From Lama glama (Eukaryota), in NCBI GenBank assembly GCA_028534125.1, contig CM052818.1:38628001-38692000 (forward strand): a stretch of 64,000 nucleotides of DNA, written 5' to 3'. The translations under genes were made by a program, and so were the position numbers. The notes below the pieces were generated by a model. It did no database searches. It saw only the letters and a program-made list of their open reading frames with translations, and was not told the origin of the DNA. Shown piece by piece: positions 25,589-39,049 of the stretch; position 1 is the stretch's first letter, and the number at the start of each line of letters is the position of its first letter.

Positions 25589-27232
25589 AAGAGCAGTCTT
25601 TATGCATTGATTGCATTTAGCCATCATTTATGCAATGACTGAATTCTATTATCCTTTTTTCAAACTGATGCTAAAAACCAGCTAATACTCAATGTTATTA
25701 AAAGTATTTATGTATTTTCCTCTTAAATCTGCACTATCTTATTTAAAATACAAAACATTTTAATCTGGATGAGGTTTACATACTTTTAAATCTTCAAACT
25801 TCCTCTTCTACCTAGACTAACTTTAAAGTAAAGAGACCCTCCATAACAACGAATAAGAAGGTTCCCAAACCTGGGGCTCTCGAATTAGAAGGCACAGGCC
25901 TTGCAGTTGTCTCACTGGTATTATAGAAGGTACTCATCAGATATTTTTGTGACATTAAGATAATCAAGCTAATGTTTATAATGAGAAAAAAGAGAAATAG
26001 AAATAAAAACAAAGCAGCTCTCTGCCAGGGTCATGGTTTATGTGAGATAAAATGAAACGGTGAAGGAAACATTTTTCACAATTCATCCAGCCCAGCTGGA
26101 GCCAAGTGATAAAGGAGGAAGCAAACACGCTTCAGTGGTTTGAGTTCAAGACTATGAAGTGAGAATAATGTACTGCTTGCTGACTTCTTCACTTCACAGG
26201 GGTTTTATGAGGATTAAATAGTTAAAACACTTTGAAGATGACAAATGCTTAAGTGCTAAGCATTACTATTATCTGAAACTATTATTACATCAATTCTTTG
26301 TGTAATCAAGTATTATTATTGGAAGCTCTGCAAGAAAATCTAATCTTTGGAGATTTTCAGCTCTATTTGCAGAACAAAGAGGCATGGGTATCATTCATCC
26401 TAAGTACTTTAGACATGTGGATCAAGAGTATCTAGACAGTGAGTGAGTGTTTCTTGTTTGCCCATATTTCAACTAATAAGAACTTTGTATTTATTGGCAT
26501 GATCCAAAAAGCAATATGGCACTTTGGGAAGGAAAAAAAACACAAGATTTAGACTCTAGAATAAAGTGAAACTAAAATGGAACATACCCAAATATTTTCA
26601 GCTGAGATTAAACCCCTCCTGGCTATGTGAATAAATTGCTCTTTAAGTAATTAAAACTGTAACCCATGGTCTTTAGTAAATTCTGGTAATTTCTCTACAG
26701 TCAATTTCAAGTATTTTCTAGTTGGCTTCTTTCCAAAGAGTACACCTGTGTGTTAGTTGAACAATGTCTTACTGAAAGGTGAAATTAACTAATTTTGTTT
26801 GATTTGGATCTTGGTTAAAATTCTGAAGTTAGATATTTATATGCAGAGCCACATAAAGAATACTAACTTAAATTATTCCACCAGGGACTATAATAAGATT
26901 TCCATTTAGCTAATAGAACATTAGAGAGTATGCTTAACTGATGAAAATGACTCATCTCTGTTTTTCTATCTAATGTAAGTGTTGGAGGAGGGGCAAAGAA
27001 TGATTATAAGTATAGAACTTCTAGTATACTTTCTCCTCTTCTGTGCTACATCCTCTTCCTAAATTTATTCACTTTTGTTTCTGAACTTTGAAAGGACCTT
27101 GATCTATTTTAATTCATGAAAACCCAATAAAACATTGTTTTGACTTTAAATAATGGGTCTTTAATGCCTTTGATCCCCCTTTTCCATATAAAATAAAAGC
27201 CTAATGATTCCTATTAAATGGGGGGAGTAAAG

Positions 27233-27238
27233 TTTATT
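27233..27238 (-). terminator. Candidate polyadenylation signal AATAAA
   Basis: TTTATT on the plus strand, about 40 nt downstream of the predicted stop codon. Confidence 0.45.
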
Positions 27239-27277
27239 CTAATAACTATCTTCATTTTATGAGAGCAATGTAAGTTT

Positions 27278-27569
27278 TCACTTTTGTCCATTAATTATCC
27301 GGAATGTCACAAATGTTGGAAGACGGGATTTGTTTATGTTTCCAATTCTGACCTCAATTACAGTTTTTGCTTTGTACAGAATTAACACAAAACTGAGTAG
27401 GGGTGCCACCAACCACCCCTCCACCACCTCTAGAGTGCAGGTGTGTGTGATAAGAATCTGGTGATCTGGCGCCATTAACAACTGTGCTACAATTTCTGAA
27501 CAATCATACTTTCCAGTGAGGCTTAGGCCAGAATGGCCTCTGAATGGACTCCAAGGAGCTTCCATCTTG
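27278..27569 (-). CDS. Putative terminal coding exon of an unidentified multi-exon gene (KMEAPWSPFRGH...TFRIINGQK*)
   Basis: Acceptor tttgcattttctgacAG|C (phase 2) and an open frame to TGA at 27278-27280. AATAAA on the minus strand at 27233-27238. Phase matches the 43481 donor. Non-repetitive sequence. Confidence 0.6.
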
Positions 27570-27731
27570 CTGTCAGAAAATGCAAACTCTCCAGGCAGTT
27601 CGATATGTGGGGTTCATTGGGTCTTGATGGAAAAGAATGTTGCTGGTTTCCCTGCCATACTCTCTGGGGCTCAAAAGAAGAGAATTGGTCAAGAATGAGA
27701 GAGCGACTTCAGGTTAAGAAAGAAGCTTTTT

Positions 27732-28734
27732 GACCCAGTCAAACTTACAAGCTTCTGCACAGGAAAGGAAACCATAAACAAAATGAAAAGACAACCTACA
27801 GAATGGGAGAAAATATTTGCAGACAATGCAACAGACAAAGGCTTAATTTCCAAAATATACAAACAGCTCATACAGCTCAATATTAAAAAACAAATAAACA
27901 ACCCAATCAAAAAATGGGCAGAAGACCTAAACAGACATTTCTCCAAAAAAGACATACAGATGGACAACAGGCACATGAAAAGACGCTCAACTTCACTAAT
28001 TATTAGAGAAATGCTAATGGAAGCTAGAGTGAGGTATCACCTCACACCAGTCAGAATGGCCATCATCAAAAAGTCTACAAATAGTAAATGCTGGAGAAGG
28101 TCTGGAGAAAAGGGAACCCTCCCTCACTGCTAGTGGGAATGCAAATTGGTATAGCTACTATGGAGAATAGTATAGAAGTTCTTTAAAAAACTAAAATTAG
28201 AGTTACCATATGATCCAGCAACTGCACTCCTGAGCATATACCCAGAAAAGGCAAAAACTCTAATTTGAAAAGATACATGAGAGCAGCACTATTTACAATA
28301 GCCAAGACATGAAAGCAATTTAAGTGCCCATCAATAGATGAATGGATAAAGACGTGGTGTATATACACAATGGAATACTACTCAGCCATAAAAAGAATGA
28401 ACTATTGCCATCTGCAGCAACATGGATAGACCTAGAGATTACCATACTAAGGGAAGTAAGTCAGGCAGAGAATGAGAAATATCATATGATATTATTTTAT
28501 ATGTGGAATCTAAAAAATGATAAAAAATGAACTTATTTACAAAACAGAAATAGACTCACTGACAGAAAATAAACTTATGGTTACCAAAGGGGAAAGAGGG
28601 GACGGATGAATTAGGAGCTTGGGATTAACCCTACTATACATAAAATAGATACACAACAAGGTCCTAATATATAGCACAGGGAACTATATTCAATAACTTA
28701 TAATAACCTACAATAGCAAAGAATCTGAAAAAGA

Positions 28735-28766
<32 letters not shown>

Positions 28767-28845
28767 ATACATGTAACTGAATCACTTTGCTGTACACTAG
28801 ACACTAACACAACATTATAAATCAACTATACTTCAATTTAAAAAA
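27732..28845 (+). mobile_element. L1 ORF2 C-terminus plus 3'UTR
   Basis: ORF 27783-28133 ([13 protein letters not shown]...[14 protein letters not shown]) is L1 ORF2p. (TG)n in the 3'UTR. Confidence 0.95.
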
Positions 28846-30079
28846 GCCTTTTAATTCTACCTAGTGTGCTTCTTAAATTGCCTCCCAAATGTTTTGCAAA
28901 CTGCCTTGGGGAAAGTAATGAATGTTTGTGATTTTTAAAAAAGACCATTCAACTCTACAATTAAAAAATTACAGAAATAAATAAATAATACAGGTGACAC
29001 TAGGTACAAATTAGGTATCATGTGAGATACACTAAACAAAAAAGAAGTAAAGCATTCCTGTGCCAAAGATATATTGGAATGGATAGAAGGCCCCAATAGA
29101 CACAAAATATTCATGGGGCATACGATACATCAGATTTTCATGAGACACGAAATATTCATGAGATCTTTAGTTCACCACTTGTTGGTGATACTCATTTAAC
29201 CTCCACTTGTTCTCAACCACCACTCAGTTTGGGGTGTTTATTATGCAGTAATATTCATGGTGACCCACAAACAAGACACCAGTGCTCTGCAGAACTGATG
29301 CCCAAAGGTAGAAGTAGCATCTGCATTTTTGAAGGCCATACGTCTCTAAAACTTTAAACACATACATACAAGAAAGGCCTAATTATATTAAAGATATAAG
29401 AATAAGAAGAAAATATAAATACAATTGACAAAAATGGCAAAAGTTATAAACATAAATTCATAGTAAAAAAGATACTAAAGCATGTTTTAGAGGAAGTGAA
29501 AATGGAAAGAGGGTAGAGTCTGGCTTTCAAATACTCTCGCAGCCACCGTCTTCTAGTTCCTCCAGTGTTGGGGTGGGAGGAGGGAAGGGAGAAAAAGGTA
29601 GATGATGCTACACTCTCTTCTCTGTGGGTTGTCGGAGCAGGCTGGCTCTTCTGAGCTGCACACACGTGGTTCCTCAGATGGTCACATATTTCTCTAACTC
29701 TTACCAGGTTTCTCCCCAAGCATTCCCAAGGATGTCTTAGGTATGCTCACTTATACACTTAGATTTCACGTGGCTTCTTCTATTCCAGCCCTTTCCTTGG
29801 AACACCAATGTCTCTGCTTCAAGGATTTCACTACTCCAACATTCTGTGTCAGCCTTTGTCACACAGATTCAAGAACAGTAAAAGGCTACAGTTGTCACAA
29901 GAGGGCATTCTGTCATGGGCCCTATAAGGAAATTCAGTTGCCCAAGAATCCAAAGGACCTCCTCTGGAGGTGGTCCCATGGCATGATTTACAGGGGAAGT
30001 ACTGGGGTTTGAGACCATCCATTCCTCCTTTATTTCCTTCTTCATTCTTTTTCTACCTTATCTTCAATTTATAGTCTTG

Positions 30080-30230
30080 CTGCTCAAAGAGGATCCAGCA
30101 GCATCACATCACCTGGAGTCTGTTAGAAATGTGGAACCTCAGTCCCACCCTAGACCAGCTTCATCAGAATCTGCATTTTAACTAGATCCCCCAGGTTATC
30201 CTGAAACACAGTAAATTTGGAGAATCATGG
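30080..30230. mobile_element. MER5A-like hAT MITE
   Basis: CAGCAGCATCACATCACCTGGAG..TGTTAGAAAT..ATCAGAATCTGCATTTTAAC. Confidence 0.8.
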
Positions 30231-31689
30231 ATTTATAGACGAGAATGTCTAGATCCCCAGCTCCAGTTAGTCACACCCAGGTTCATTCTTAGCTGGGTGG
30301 CTCTCGGAATAAAAGCTCTATCCCTCCTCCTTCCTTCTGCCTCTTCAGACTCCACCTTGCACAAAGCTGTCCTTGGCAGCATTTTACTCTTGTGCCCACT
30401 TTATCTCATTACCTGGTACCCTTTCTTGTGATCTTGACCTTCCCTTCCTGTTGCTAAGTGTCTATGCAGGCTCCTTGGCTCCATTTACCCTCCCAGAGAG
30501 GCAGGAAACACACCCTGAGGACCAGCTGTGGCTGCCTTGAAGGGCCCTGCCCTGCCTCCTCTCATGCCAGATGTAATCATTCCCAGAGTTCAGGGGTTTA
30601 TGTCTTGTTTCTTGTAGTTCCAAATGTGCGGTCAAGATGCCCTAGTGTTGAGTTGGCAGGACTAATGGCTTATTTAAATATTTTCCAAGTCTGCTCTTGC
30701 AGACCACTTCTTCCACGTGGATATCACTTGTATGAGAATATAAGTGTAGTGAAATAATGAGACTCGTGTCAAATTTGTCTTCAAACTTCTATATCGATTG
30801 TCATTATATTGCCAGTTTCCACAAATTAAATCTACTCTGAAAGAAAGAGTATCTGGAATTGGCCCCCAAAATCTTTCCATAGGTTCTTGGGTATACTTTG
30901 CAAGTGTGTTTTTGCTTCCTAGACTTGACTATATCATCAAGAGGACTTGGAGAATCCACCTGCATCCACAGAGTCAAAATGCTTTTATCTGAATGCACAC
31001 ACACACAAACATGCACACACACGCACACAACTACCATTCCTTATTGCCCAAACTTATTATCCACTTCAGAAAAATAACAGAAACTCAACGGTTATCTTTA
31101 GGAAGAAAAATCAACCATAAAATTAATAATATTATGCATCTTACAGGCATTAGAATAAAGAGGACAATTGAGCTGAAAAGACATCACTAGTTACACAACT
31201 CAGATGATGTCCTCTTGATGATATAGAAAATTTAGCTTTAATTTAAATCGATAAGATACTTAGAAGATTAAATTTAATTGGTGAACACTAAAATAGAAAC
31301 TAGCCATTGTTTATTCTCTATGTACTCAGGTATCTCTGAGAAGATAAAAAGTTGAGGATAAGAGGGAATCTCAAAGAGGATTTAAAACAGGCTGGAGATA
31401 ATTTCCCCCCCAAATTGGGTCAGCCAGTTAGATAAACAGAAGTCATTCGGGACTCAGTGAAAGAATCTTGGTCCCAAAGAGCATTCCTTGATGAGACAAA
31501 GGTGACATTTGGTCTGTCTAGACTCCTCTGCTATCCAGAGTGAATGTCTGTACTGTGGGTCCATAAATAGCTCATAAACAAGTTTTTCTAGTCTAGTTAA
31601 GTCATGATCAAAGATTCAAATGTTCAGCAAAACCCACGCTGCTTACCTAACATCAACAAATAGTCACTCTAAACATCAAAAGCAACGTT

Positions 31690-32590
31690 CACACAAGCAA
31701 CAAAAGAAAAAATGGATTAATTGGACTTCATTAAAATTAAAAACTTCCGTGCATCAAAGCACACTATAATCAGAATGAAAAGGCAACCCACAGAATGGGA
31801 GAAAATATTTGCAAATCAAGTATCTGATAAGGGCTTTATACTCAAATATATAAATAACACTTACAATTCAACAACAAAAAGACAAACAACCTAATTTTAA
31901 AAAGGGCATAGGACTTAAATAGACATTTCTCCAAAGAAGATATACAAATGGCCAAAGAGCTTATGAAAAGACGCTTAACATCACTAGTTATTAAGGAAAT
32001 GAAAACGAAAATCATGAGATACCACCTCATACCTATTAAGATCACTATAATTAAAACAAAACAAAACAAAACAAACAAACAAAAGCATGCTGGTGAGGAT
32101 GTGGAGAAACGGGAACCCTTGTGCATTGTTGGTGGAAATGTAAAATGGTGCAGCCACTCTGGAAAACAGTTCGGTGGTTCCTAAAAAAGACTAAACACAG
32201 AATTACCATATTGACCCAGCAATTCCACTCTAAGGTATATGCCCAAAATAATTGAAAACAGGGACTCAAATAGATATTTGTGTGCCAATGTTCATCATTA
32301 TTCACAATAGCCAAAAGGTGGAAATAGCCCATGTCCTTCAATAAATGAATGGATAGATAAAATGTTATATATACATTCAGCATAATATTGTTCAGCAATG
32401 AAAAATAATGAAGTTCTGATACATCCTACAATGTGGATGAACCTTGAAAACATGCTAAATAAAATTAGACACAAAAGCAAAAGTGCATGACTACACTTAT
32501 ATGAAATATCAAGAATAGGCAAATACAGACACAGAAAGTAGATTAAAGTTTACCAGGGATTGGAAGGAGGAATCAGTAATTATTGCTTAG
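31690..32590 (+). mobile_element. L1MB-like ORF2 3' end/3'UTR
   Basis: AGGCAACCCACAGAATGGGAGAAAATATTTGCAAATC and MRYHLIP motifs. Confidence 0.9.
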
Positions 32591-32691
32591 TAGGTAAGTC
32601 ACCCAGATTCATAGGTAGAAGCCGTAGACCATCCCCCTTGATGGAAAAAGTGTCAAAGAATTTGGAGCCATGTTTCAAAGCCACCACACCC

Positions 32692-33151
32692 TCTGGAATG
32701 TATTGAACTGTGTCCCCCTCCAACCATCACCAAAGGCATGTCCAAGTTCTAACCCCAAGTACTATGAATTTGGAAATAGGGTCTTTGTAGATCTAATTAA
32801 GGATATTGATATGAGATCAGCCTGTAATTAGGACCCTAAGTCTAATAACTGGTATCCTTACTAAAGAAAGGAGAGGGACATTTGGAACATACAGACTTGG
32901 AGACACAGGGAAGAAAGTCATGTGGAGACGGAGGCAGAAACTAGAATTATGGCAAGCCAAGGAATGTCAGGACCACCAGAAGCTGAAAGAGGCAAAGGAG
33001 GATTCTCCTCTGGAGACTTCAGAGGGACCATGGCCCTGACAACACCTTGCTTTGAAATTTTGGCCTCCAGAACTGTAATAGAATAAATTTCTGTTGCTGT
33101 AAGTCACCAAGATGGTGGAAATCTGTTATAACAGCATTAGGAAACTAACAC
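32692..33151 (+). mobile_element. MaLR LTR (MLT1B/C-like)
   Basis: GGAAATAGGGTCTTTGTAGAT...GGCCTCCAGAACTGT..AATAAATTTCTGTTG...GGAAACTAACACA. Confidence 0.85.
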
Positions 33152-33718
33152 ACCTCCAAAGGAATAAAGAGTTGCGGGTGCAAGTAAGTTTTTAGCTTCT
33201 ACTTTTTCCCAGTCAATAGAGGTTAGGGGGTGCTCCTCTCAATACAGAAGCTCTCTCCTCCATCCCTCTTACAATATGGCAAGGTCCATGTGATATAGCC
33301 CTGTCATTCCTGACTATCCTTAGTGTCAAATCAAATTCAAGAGCACTCCTGCCAACCCTCTGCTTATGATAGTCCCATTGTTTCAAGCAAGGAATTGTTG
33401 ATTTCGCCCCTCAGGATAGGCCATCCACTTTGGTGAACTGTGTTCTGTCAGCTTTCTCTGTGATGTCCAAGACACAAGCACTGTCTCTTGGTTTCTTATG
33501 TGGCCCTGTCAACTCCACTGCATTTCCTCATAGATTGTAGTTCAAGGCTATAGATGTTCCTTTTTTTGTTAAAGATGGAGTTTTTTGTGTCTGATTTCTG
33601 TTCTCTTTGTTGCTTTGAGGGTATTTCTAAGACAAGAAGGTACCATCATTTTAACTTTACTCTGCTGTTTAAAAACTGGGAGTCCACACTATGCTATCTA
33701 AAATTTTGGTATTCTACA

Positions 33719-33885
33719 GCCAGGGTCAGCAAACTTTTCCTGTGGAGGGCCAGATAGTAAGTATTTTAGGTTTTTCATCGCAACTACTCAACTCTTGCCA
33801 TTGTAGTACAGAAGCAGCTACAGGCAATATGCGAACAAATGAGCATGGCTATGTACCAGTAAAACTTTGTTTATGGACAACAATA
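33719..33885 (+). mobile_element. MER58-like hAT MITE
   Basis: CAGGGTCAGCAAACTTTTCCTGTGGAGGGCCAGATAGTAAGTATTTTAGG. Confidence 0.8.
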
Positions 33886-34089
33886 GGACACAGCAGAAGT
33901 GACCCAATGTGACTTTCAGAGCTAAGTCATGAAAAGCATTTAGCTTCTGCTGTGTTTTCTAGGACACTGAGCCACTATGTAAGCATGTGACCTGCCCTGC
34001 CTGAGAGGCTCCAAAATCCTTAATGAGATATTACACATGGAGCCTCACAAAGGAGTTCCTCCTAACTGCCACAAGCACCGAATGTTTTT

Positions 34090-34385
34090 CTAGCACTGTG
34101 TGCTCCGTTACCATCTCTACCAGGCTTTTGAAATGTGGCTGGAGCAACAAAGGAAATGAATTTTAAATTGTAATTTATTTTAAATTAATATTAGAGTTAT
34201 AGAAAATAAAGCATAACTAATTTTTATACTGATTGCTTGTTGAAATGATAATAGTTTGGATAATTGGGTTAAATAAAATGTGATTAAAATAATTTTACCT
34301 ATTTCTTTTGCCTTTTTATAAATGTGGCTAGTAGAATATTCTTAATTAATTATGACTCACATTATCTTTCTATTGAAATATCTAG
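34090..34385. mobile_element. MER33/MER3-like Charlie MITE
   Basis: AAATGTGGCT (twice) and CTCACATTATCTTTCTATTG. Confidence 0.65.
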
Positions 34386-36206
34386 CATTATCTCTAATAG
34401 GTTCTGGAGCCGAGAGCTGGAGGCCATGGGCAGTTGTCTTCCACCCTGGTAACCAGGTGACCTTCCATGGGCTTCCAGGGCTCTTATTCTGCACCCAAGC
34501 ATGGAACAGACCTAAAGTTCATAAGGGATGCTGCTGGAAGTTGAAGGACATTTTAGAACAGAAAGAAAGTCAGGCTTTCTTTGACTGAAGCTCATTGCTC
34601 CTTTGGAGTATGACAGCATTTTAGAAAGATTTTTGTTAAACAACTTTGTTTTAAATACCAGTGAGGCTCATTATTAGCTGTGTGACCTTAGGTGTGTTTC
34701 TGAACCTCTCTGAACATCAGATTCTTCACGTGGGGGGAAAAAAAGATTTATTGTGTTTACCCCACCCTACTAAATCTGTGAGTTTTTGAAGATGTGATGT
34801 GATCCCTGCCTGGCAGAGCTTTTGTGAGGATCAGGGGTCAGGGTGTAAGTGGCCCAGCATCTAATGCCAAATAAATAAATAATACTCAGCACCTAAGAGT
34901 TCTGAAGGGGCAAAAAGACAAGCCCTAGAGAAGGCGGTAATGACTACAGAGCTTATGTTTGTGTGTGTGTTGCTTGGGGGGAAGGGAGGCAGAAGACAAA
35001 CAATAAGTAAACAAATACATTCGTAACTCAGAACAGGATGAGCACCGTGAGGAAGAATAAAGTAGGACAAGCTGCTGGTCAGTACCAAGGTGGAGAGGCT
35101 GGTTGGGGAGGGCGTCTCCGCTAAGGGAACGCCCCGGTCTCAGCTGCATCTCCTCTCTATCAAGTGCCAGGCCTACAGGGATATAGCCTTTGGGCAGAAA
35201 CCTGGCCTTTAATACATCTCATTTTACTTCTCCTGTATCTGTCTACATTTTTTCCTTTTCACTCCCCAAACTGTCCATCTAACCCCAGAATTGGCAGAGC
35301 AGGGCAGCTAAGAAACCAATTTGACTAAGGTCAGTCGCCCTAAAACCAATCCTTCTAAGTCGATTTGCATATAGCCAACTTGCTCAGGTATCTATGTACC
35401 AGATGATACATTCACCTACTATTTTTTTTTTAATGTTTAACATCTGGAGTATTTTCTATGGCGTCAGTGCAGTTTTGTATTTTTCTGTTTTTCTCCTTCA
35501 GTCACTTGATAAAGGTATTTCTGTCTTATTCTCATGTTTCTAATAGACATGTGTGTAGTCATTCACATGTGATTTATCAAACTAATCCCTTTTGAGATTT
35601 CTTGCCTCTTTTTCGTACCTGTTGTACTTTTTCATACCTGTCTCGTACTCACACAAATTAGCCTCACTTGTGTTTGATGCACTTACATTGAGACTGAGAC
35701 ACGCTATTGTACAGAAAGCTTCCTAGTGGAAAAATTTCACTAGGTGCTTCTAGCTCCATAAAGTGGAAAAATAAAGTAACAATACCTGTGTAGGTGTGCA
35801 TTAAACCAATTTGGATTTAAGGCTTTGGAGTGTTGAGCTGCCAGAGCCCACACGTGTGGGCAGAGACCAGACGACATTTTCTGACTCCAAACTCTATGCT
35901 GGAATTAAGCACACTACACTGCGTCCATTAATGATTTTGCAAATGTGCTAATTATGCTGCTAATTAGTTAAATAAGACATGGCTGATCAACCATTTGCTC
36001 CAACACTGTCTCATTTTAACTTCCAAACTGTCATTTCTTATTACCATTACTCAATTTAATGAGGAGGAAACTTGGTTGAATGAACAAATGAATTAATTAT
36101 GTAAAGCTGGGTTTATATACTTAGTCCAGTGATGAAAAAAAGAAAAACTGACATCAGGAAATAGTTGAACAAAGCAACAAAGAAACGTCCTTTAGAACAC
36201 TGAAGC

Positions 36207-36388
36207 CAGTGGTTCTCAGACAGGGGAGATTTTGTACCCCCTGGCATTTCTAGAAATGTCTGGGGGGCGGGTTCTCCTGGGTAGAGGCCAGGATGCTGCT
36301 CTATACCCTACGATGCACAGGACAGCCCCTCACAAGCAAGGCCTACCTGGCCCAAAACATCAGTAGTTGCTGAAGCTGAGAAGCCCTG
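36207..36388 (+). mobile_element. MER20
   Basis: CAGTGGTTCTCA...GGGTAGAGGCCAGGATGCTGCT...TGCACAGGACAGCCCC...TGAGAAGCCCTG. Confidence 0.85.
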
Positions 36389-37543
36389 TTTTAAGAGCCA
36401 CTTATTTAAGGCGGTAAAAAGGGGGTGTATGAAGACTCACACGGATCTTGAGGGAACAGTCTTCTCTATATAGTCTATTTCCCTTCACAGGTTTAGCCAT
36501 TTACAGCCAAGCTCCTCTTTCAGAAAGAAATCCATGTTCCTATGTTCCTTTTATCAGCCTGGAGTCTTGGGTGAGGTTCTGTTTCACTCGTCTGTTTTCT
36601 CTGGCACAGTCCCCTCTCCACCAACTCTCTTCATGAGCTTGACTCCTGCTCTCAGAGGAGAGACAGGCCATTGTTGCCTCAAGTTCTGTCCCTGTTCCCA
36701 GACGCATTCCCTGGGTGAGGCTCTCGGGTCAGGCAGAGCAAGCGGGGTTTCTGGCCCAAACTACTCCCTTCCAGGCCAAGGCCAGCCCAGGGACCAACAC
36801 AGGCCTGGGAGGCTTTTCTGTTCCTTTCCATCTGCTCCTCCAACACCACGCTACCCTTGTCTCTTCTGTCTTCCCTCACTCCTTCAGGCAACTAGAGGAA
36901 TCCTTCACCTGGCTGCCTGGCAAGCCTGCCCCTTCTGGCATCTAAACCTCAGGACTCATTTCTCTCAGTCTTCCCTCTGAACTCCATTCGCAGATAGGGT
37001 CACTCAGGAAAGAGGCAAGAAGTTAACGACTGCTGATTAATGTCTGACCTCTTCCATGCAGAGCTGCCTTTTCACAAAGGGTTTTTGCTTTGGCTCACAG
37101 GGGTGAAGGGCTGATGGTGAGTATCGGACATGCTAGTTCAAAGTGCTTTCCCATCCTTCACCTCACTGGCTCTCAGATCCCTTTAAGACAGAGTGCAAGG
37201 GGTTTCTAACGCTCAGTAGGGTGGTAGGGAAACACACTCAGAACTCCAGGTGACCCAGCTAGCTGCTGCTGGTGGTGCCTGCATGAAACATGGGGCTGCA
37301 GACACCACGCCTGGTCTCTTCAGCAGAGAGACACCTGTGCAGAGGGGTGGGGGTGGCGGGGGGTGGGGAGTAGAGCTCTTGCAGTCCATCCCAGGCTCCT
37401 TCTTATGTGTGCAGCCCCTCTTCTGCTGGCAGCCAAAGACAGCCAGCACAGCAACCCAGAAGGAGAATCCTGTGCTCCATTTCGGGGAGGGCACTGCTCC
37501 TGTCCCCTGGCCCTTAGAGCTGCATGATGTGATGCAGTTTGGG

Positions 37544-37647
37544 GCTCTGAACAGCTCTCCCTTGTTAAACCCTGACTTAGAACTGTGCAGTCAGCGCTGT
37601 GAACAGCTCTCCCTTGTTAAACCCTGACTTAGAACTGCGCAGTCAGC
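37544..37647. repeat. Tandem duplication, 2 x 52 bp
   Basis: TGAACAGCTCTCCCTTGTTAAACCCTGACTTAGAACTG repeated with period 52, about 2 mismatches. Confidence 0.95.
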
Positions 37648-37779
37648 ATCTTCCTCCCTCAGAACTATCCTCATCAGATGCTCGCCTCTTCATAAAGGTC
37701 CGGCAAGCTTTTACATGTTTGATGTCTGTATTTCCTCTCATTCCTTCTGGGCCGAGGAGGAGGACTCCAGGTGAAATGG

Positions 37780-37867
37780 CTCCCATTCTTCCTCTGAGTT
37801 CTTACTCTGCTCTCTTGCCTCACTCCCATTCTTCCTCTGAGTTCTCACTCTGCTCTCTTGCCTCACT
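37780..37867. repeat. Tandem duplication, 2 x 43 bp
   Basis: CTCCCATTCTTCCTCTGAGTTCTYACTCTGCTCTCTTGCCTCA twice, 1 mismatch. Confidence 0.95.
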
Positions 37868-39049
37868 AAGTAAAGGTGGTTATAAGAAGGCAAAACTAAA
37901 CTTAGAATTTCATTGTCGGGTAAAATGCAAAAATACTTAAAAAATGGCCTAGAGATCCCAAAGGATCCCTCAGTTTAGAGGGGAAACAAAAAAACAAATA
38001 CAGTCTGAAAAATGCAGTAACTGATATATGCCCACAAGGTGGTAGAAGCCCAGAGGAGGGAGAGAGAACCTGAGCAGGGTGGCAGGAAGACATAGGGACA
38101 CCTTCAGAGAGCAGATATCATCTGCCAACCTAGTCAAACAATATAACATCCTCGGACAAGAAATATTTGCCAATTTCAATGGTACCCCTAGTTCAGTGGG
38201 TGGTTTGATTTCCCATTATATGAATAACTTCAAATGTCAGTATAATTGGCATGCAGCACTGCTTTCCTAGCAAATCAAAATTTTCAAGTGATTTTCTATG
38301 TAATTCAAGAGGTAAAATATAATTGAGAAAATGTTAAGTTTTTGTTGTTATGTTCATCCAAATTATGCTTTCTATGCTTTTTCAGCCTGTTGAATTTTAC
38401 CCTGGATTACATCTGATTCCTGATAAAGATCTAACACTACTCATGGCCAAAATTGCCAGCCCTCCTTGCCATCATGTGTTTCTACATAGCAATCATGAGC
38501 AAGTTGCTTTATTTCACACTAGCTGTGGCAAAACAGGACGATTACCTAATGCACCCCAACAAATGATGTGACAAGTATTCAAGGACCTGCCTTGATGTTA
38601 TCACTGCTGTAGTCATCTCATTTTATTACTCTCTCTGGCTAAACCTCCTTAACCTAGTTATCCACTCCCTGCCCTTTCCCTTTAAACTCCCACAGTGATC
38701 TGACCATATTTAGTCCAAAGTTTTTGCTTTGTTTTGTTTTCACAGGACATTTATGTGTTACAAACAACTTTTTCCTTTTTAATTAAAGGAAAGCAAAGCT
38801 CCTGGAGGTGCCTTGGATTGGGATGTCTCCATCCATAGATTCAGGGCATAGTCATCTGAGATTGTGGGGATTATAATCCATGATGTATTGTCCTATTTTA
38901 AATCAGAAGTGGAACCAGGCAGACTGACTCTAGAGTGAGCCTGCCCCCTCTTAACACTTCACAGTAAGCTCTTCTGGGGTGGCTGTGGCCACCATAACAC
39001 AGAGCAAACTCTCTGGAAGTGCAGGAGAGGCTGAGATGACTGCATTCTA

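Noticed and set aside
27783..28530. ORFs [13 protein letters not shown]... and similar ORFs at 31948, 44670 and 53850
   Set aside because: L1 ORF2p remnants, not host genes.
35687..35785. 99-nt minus-strand exon-like segment with a GTAAGT donor
   Set aside because: It has a TAG in the phase-2 frame required between 43481 and 27569, and the surrounding sequence may be transposon-derived.
37544..37867. Direct repeats as a possible CRISPR-like array
   Set aside because: Only two abutting copies each, no spacers, mammalian context.
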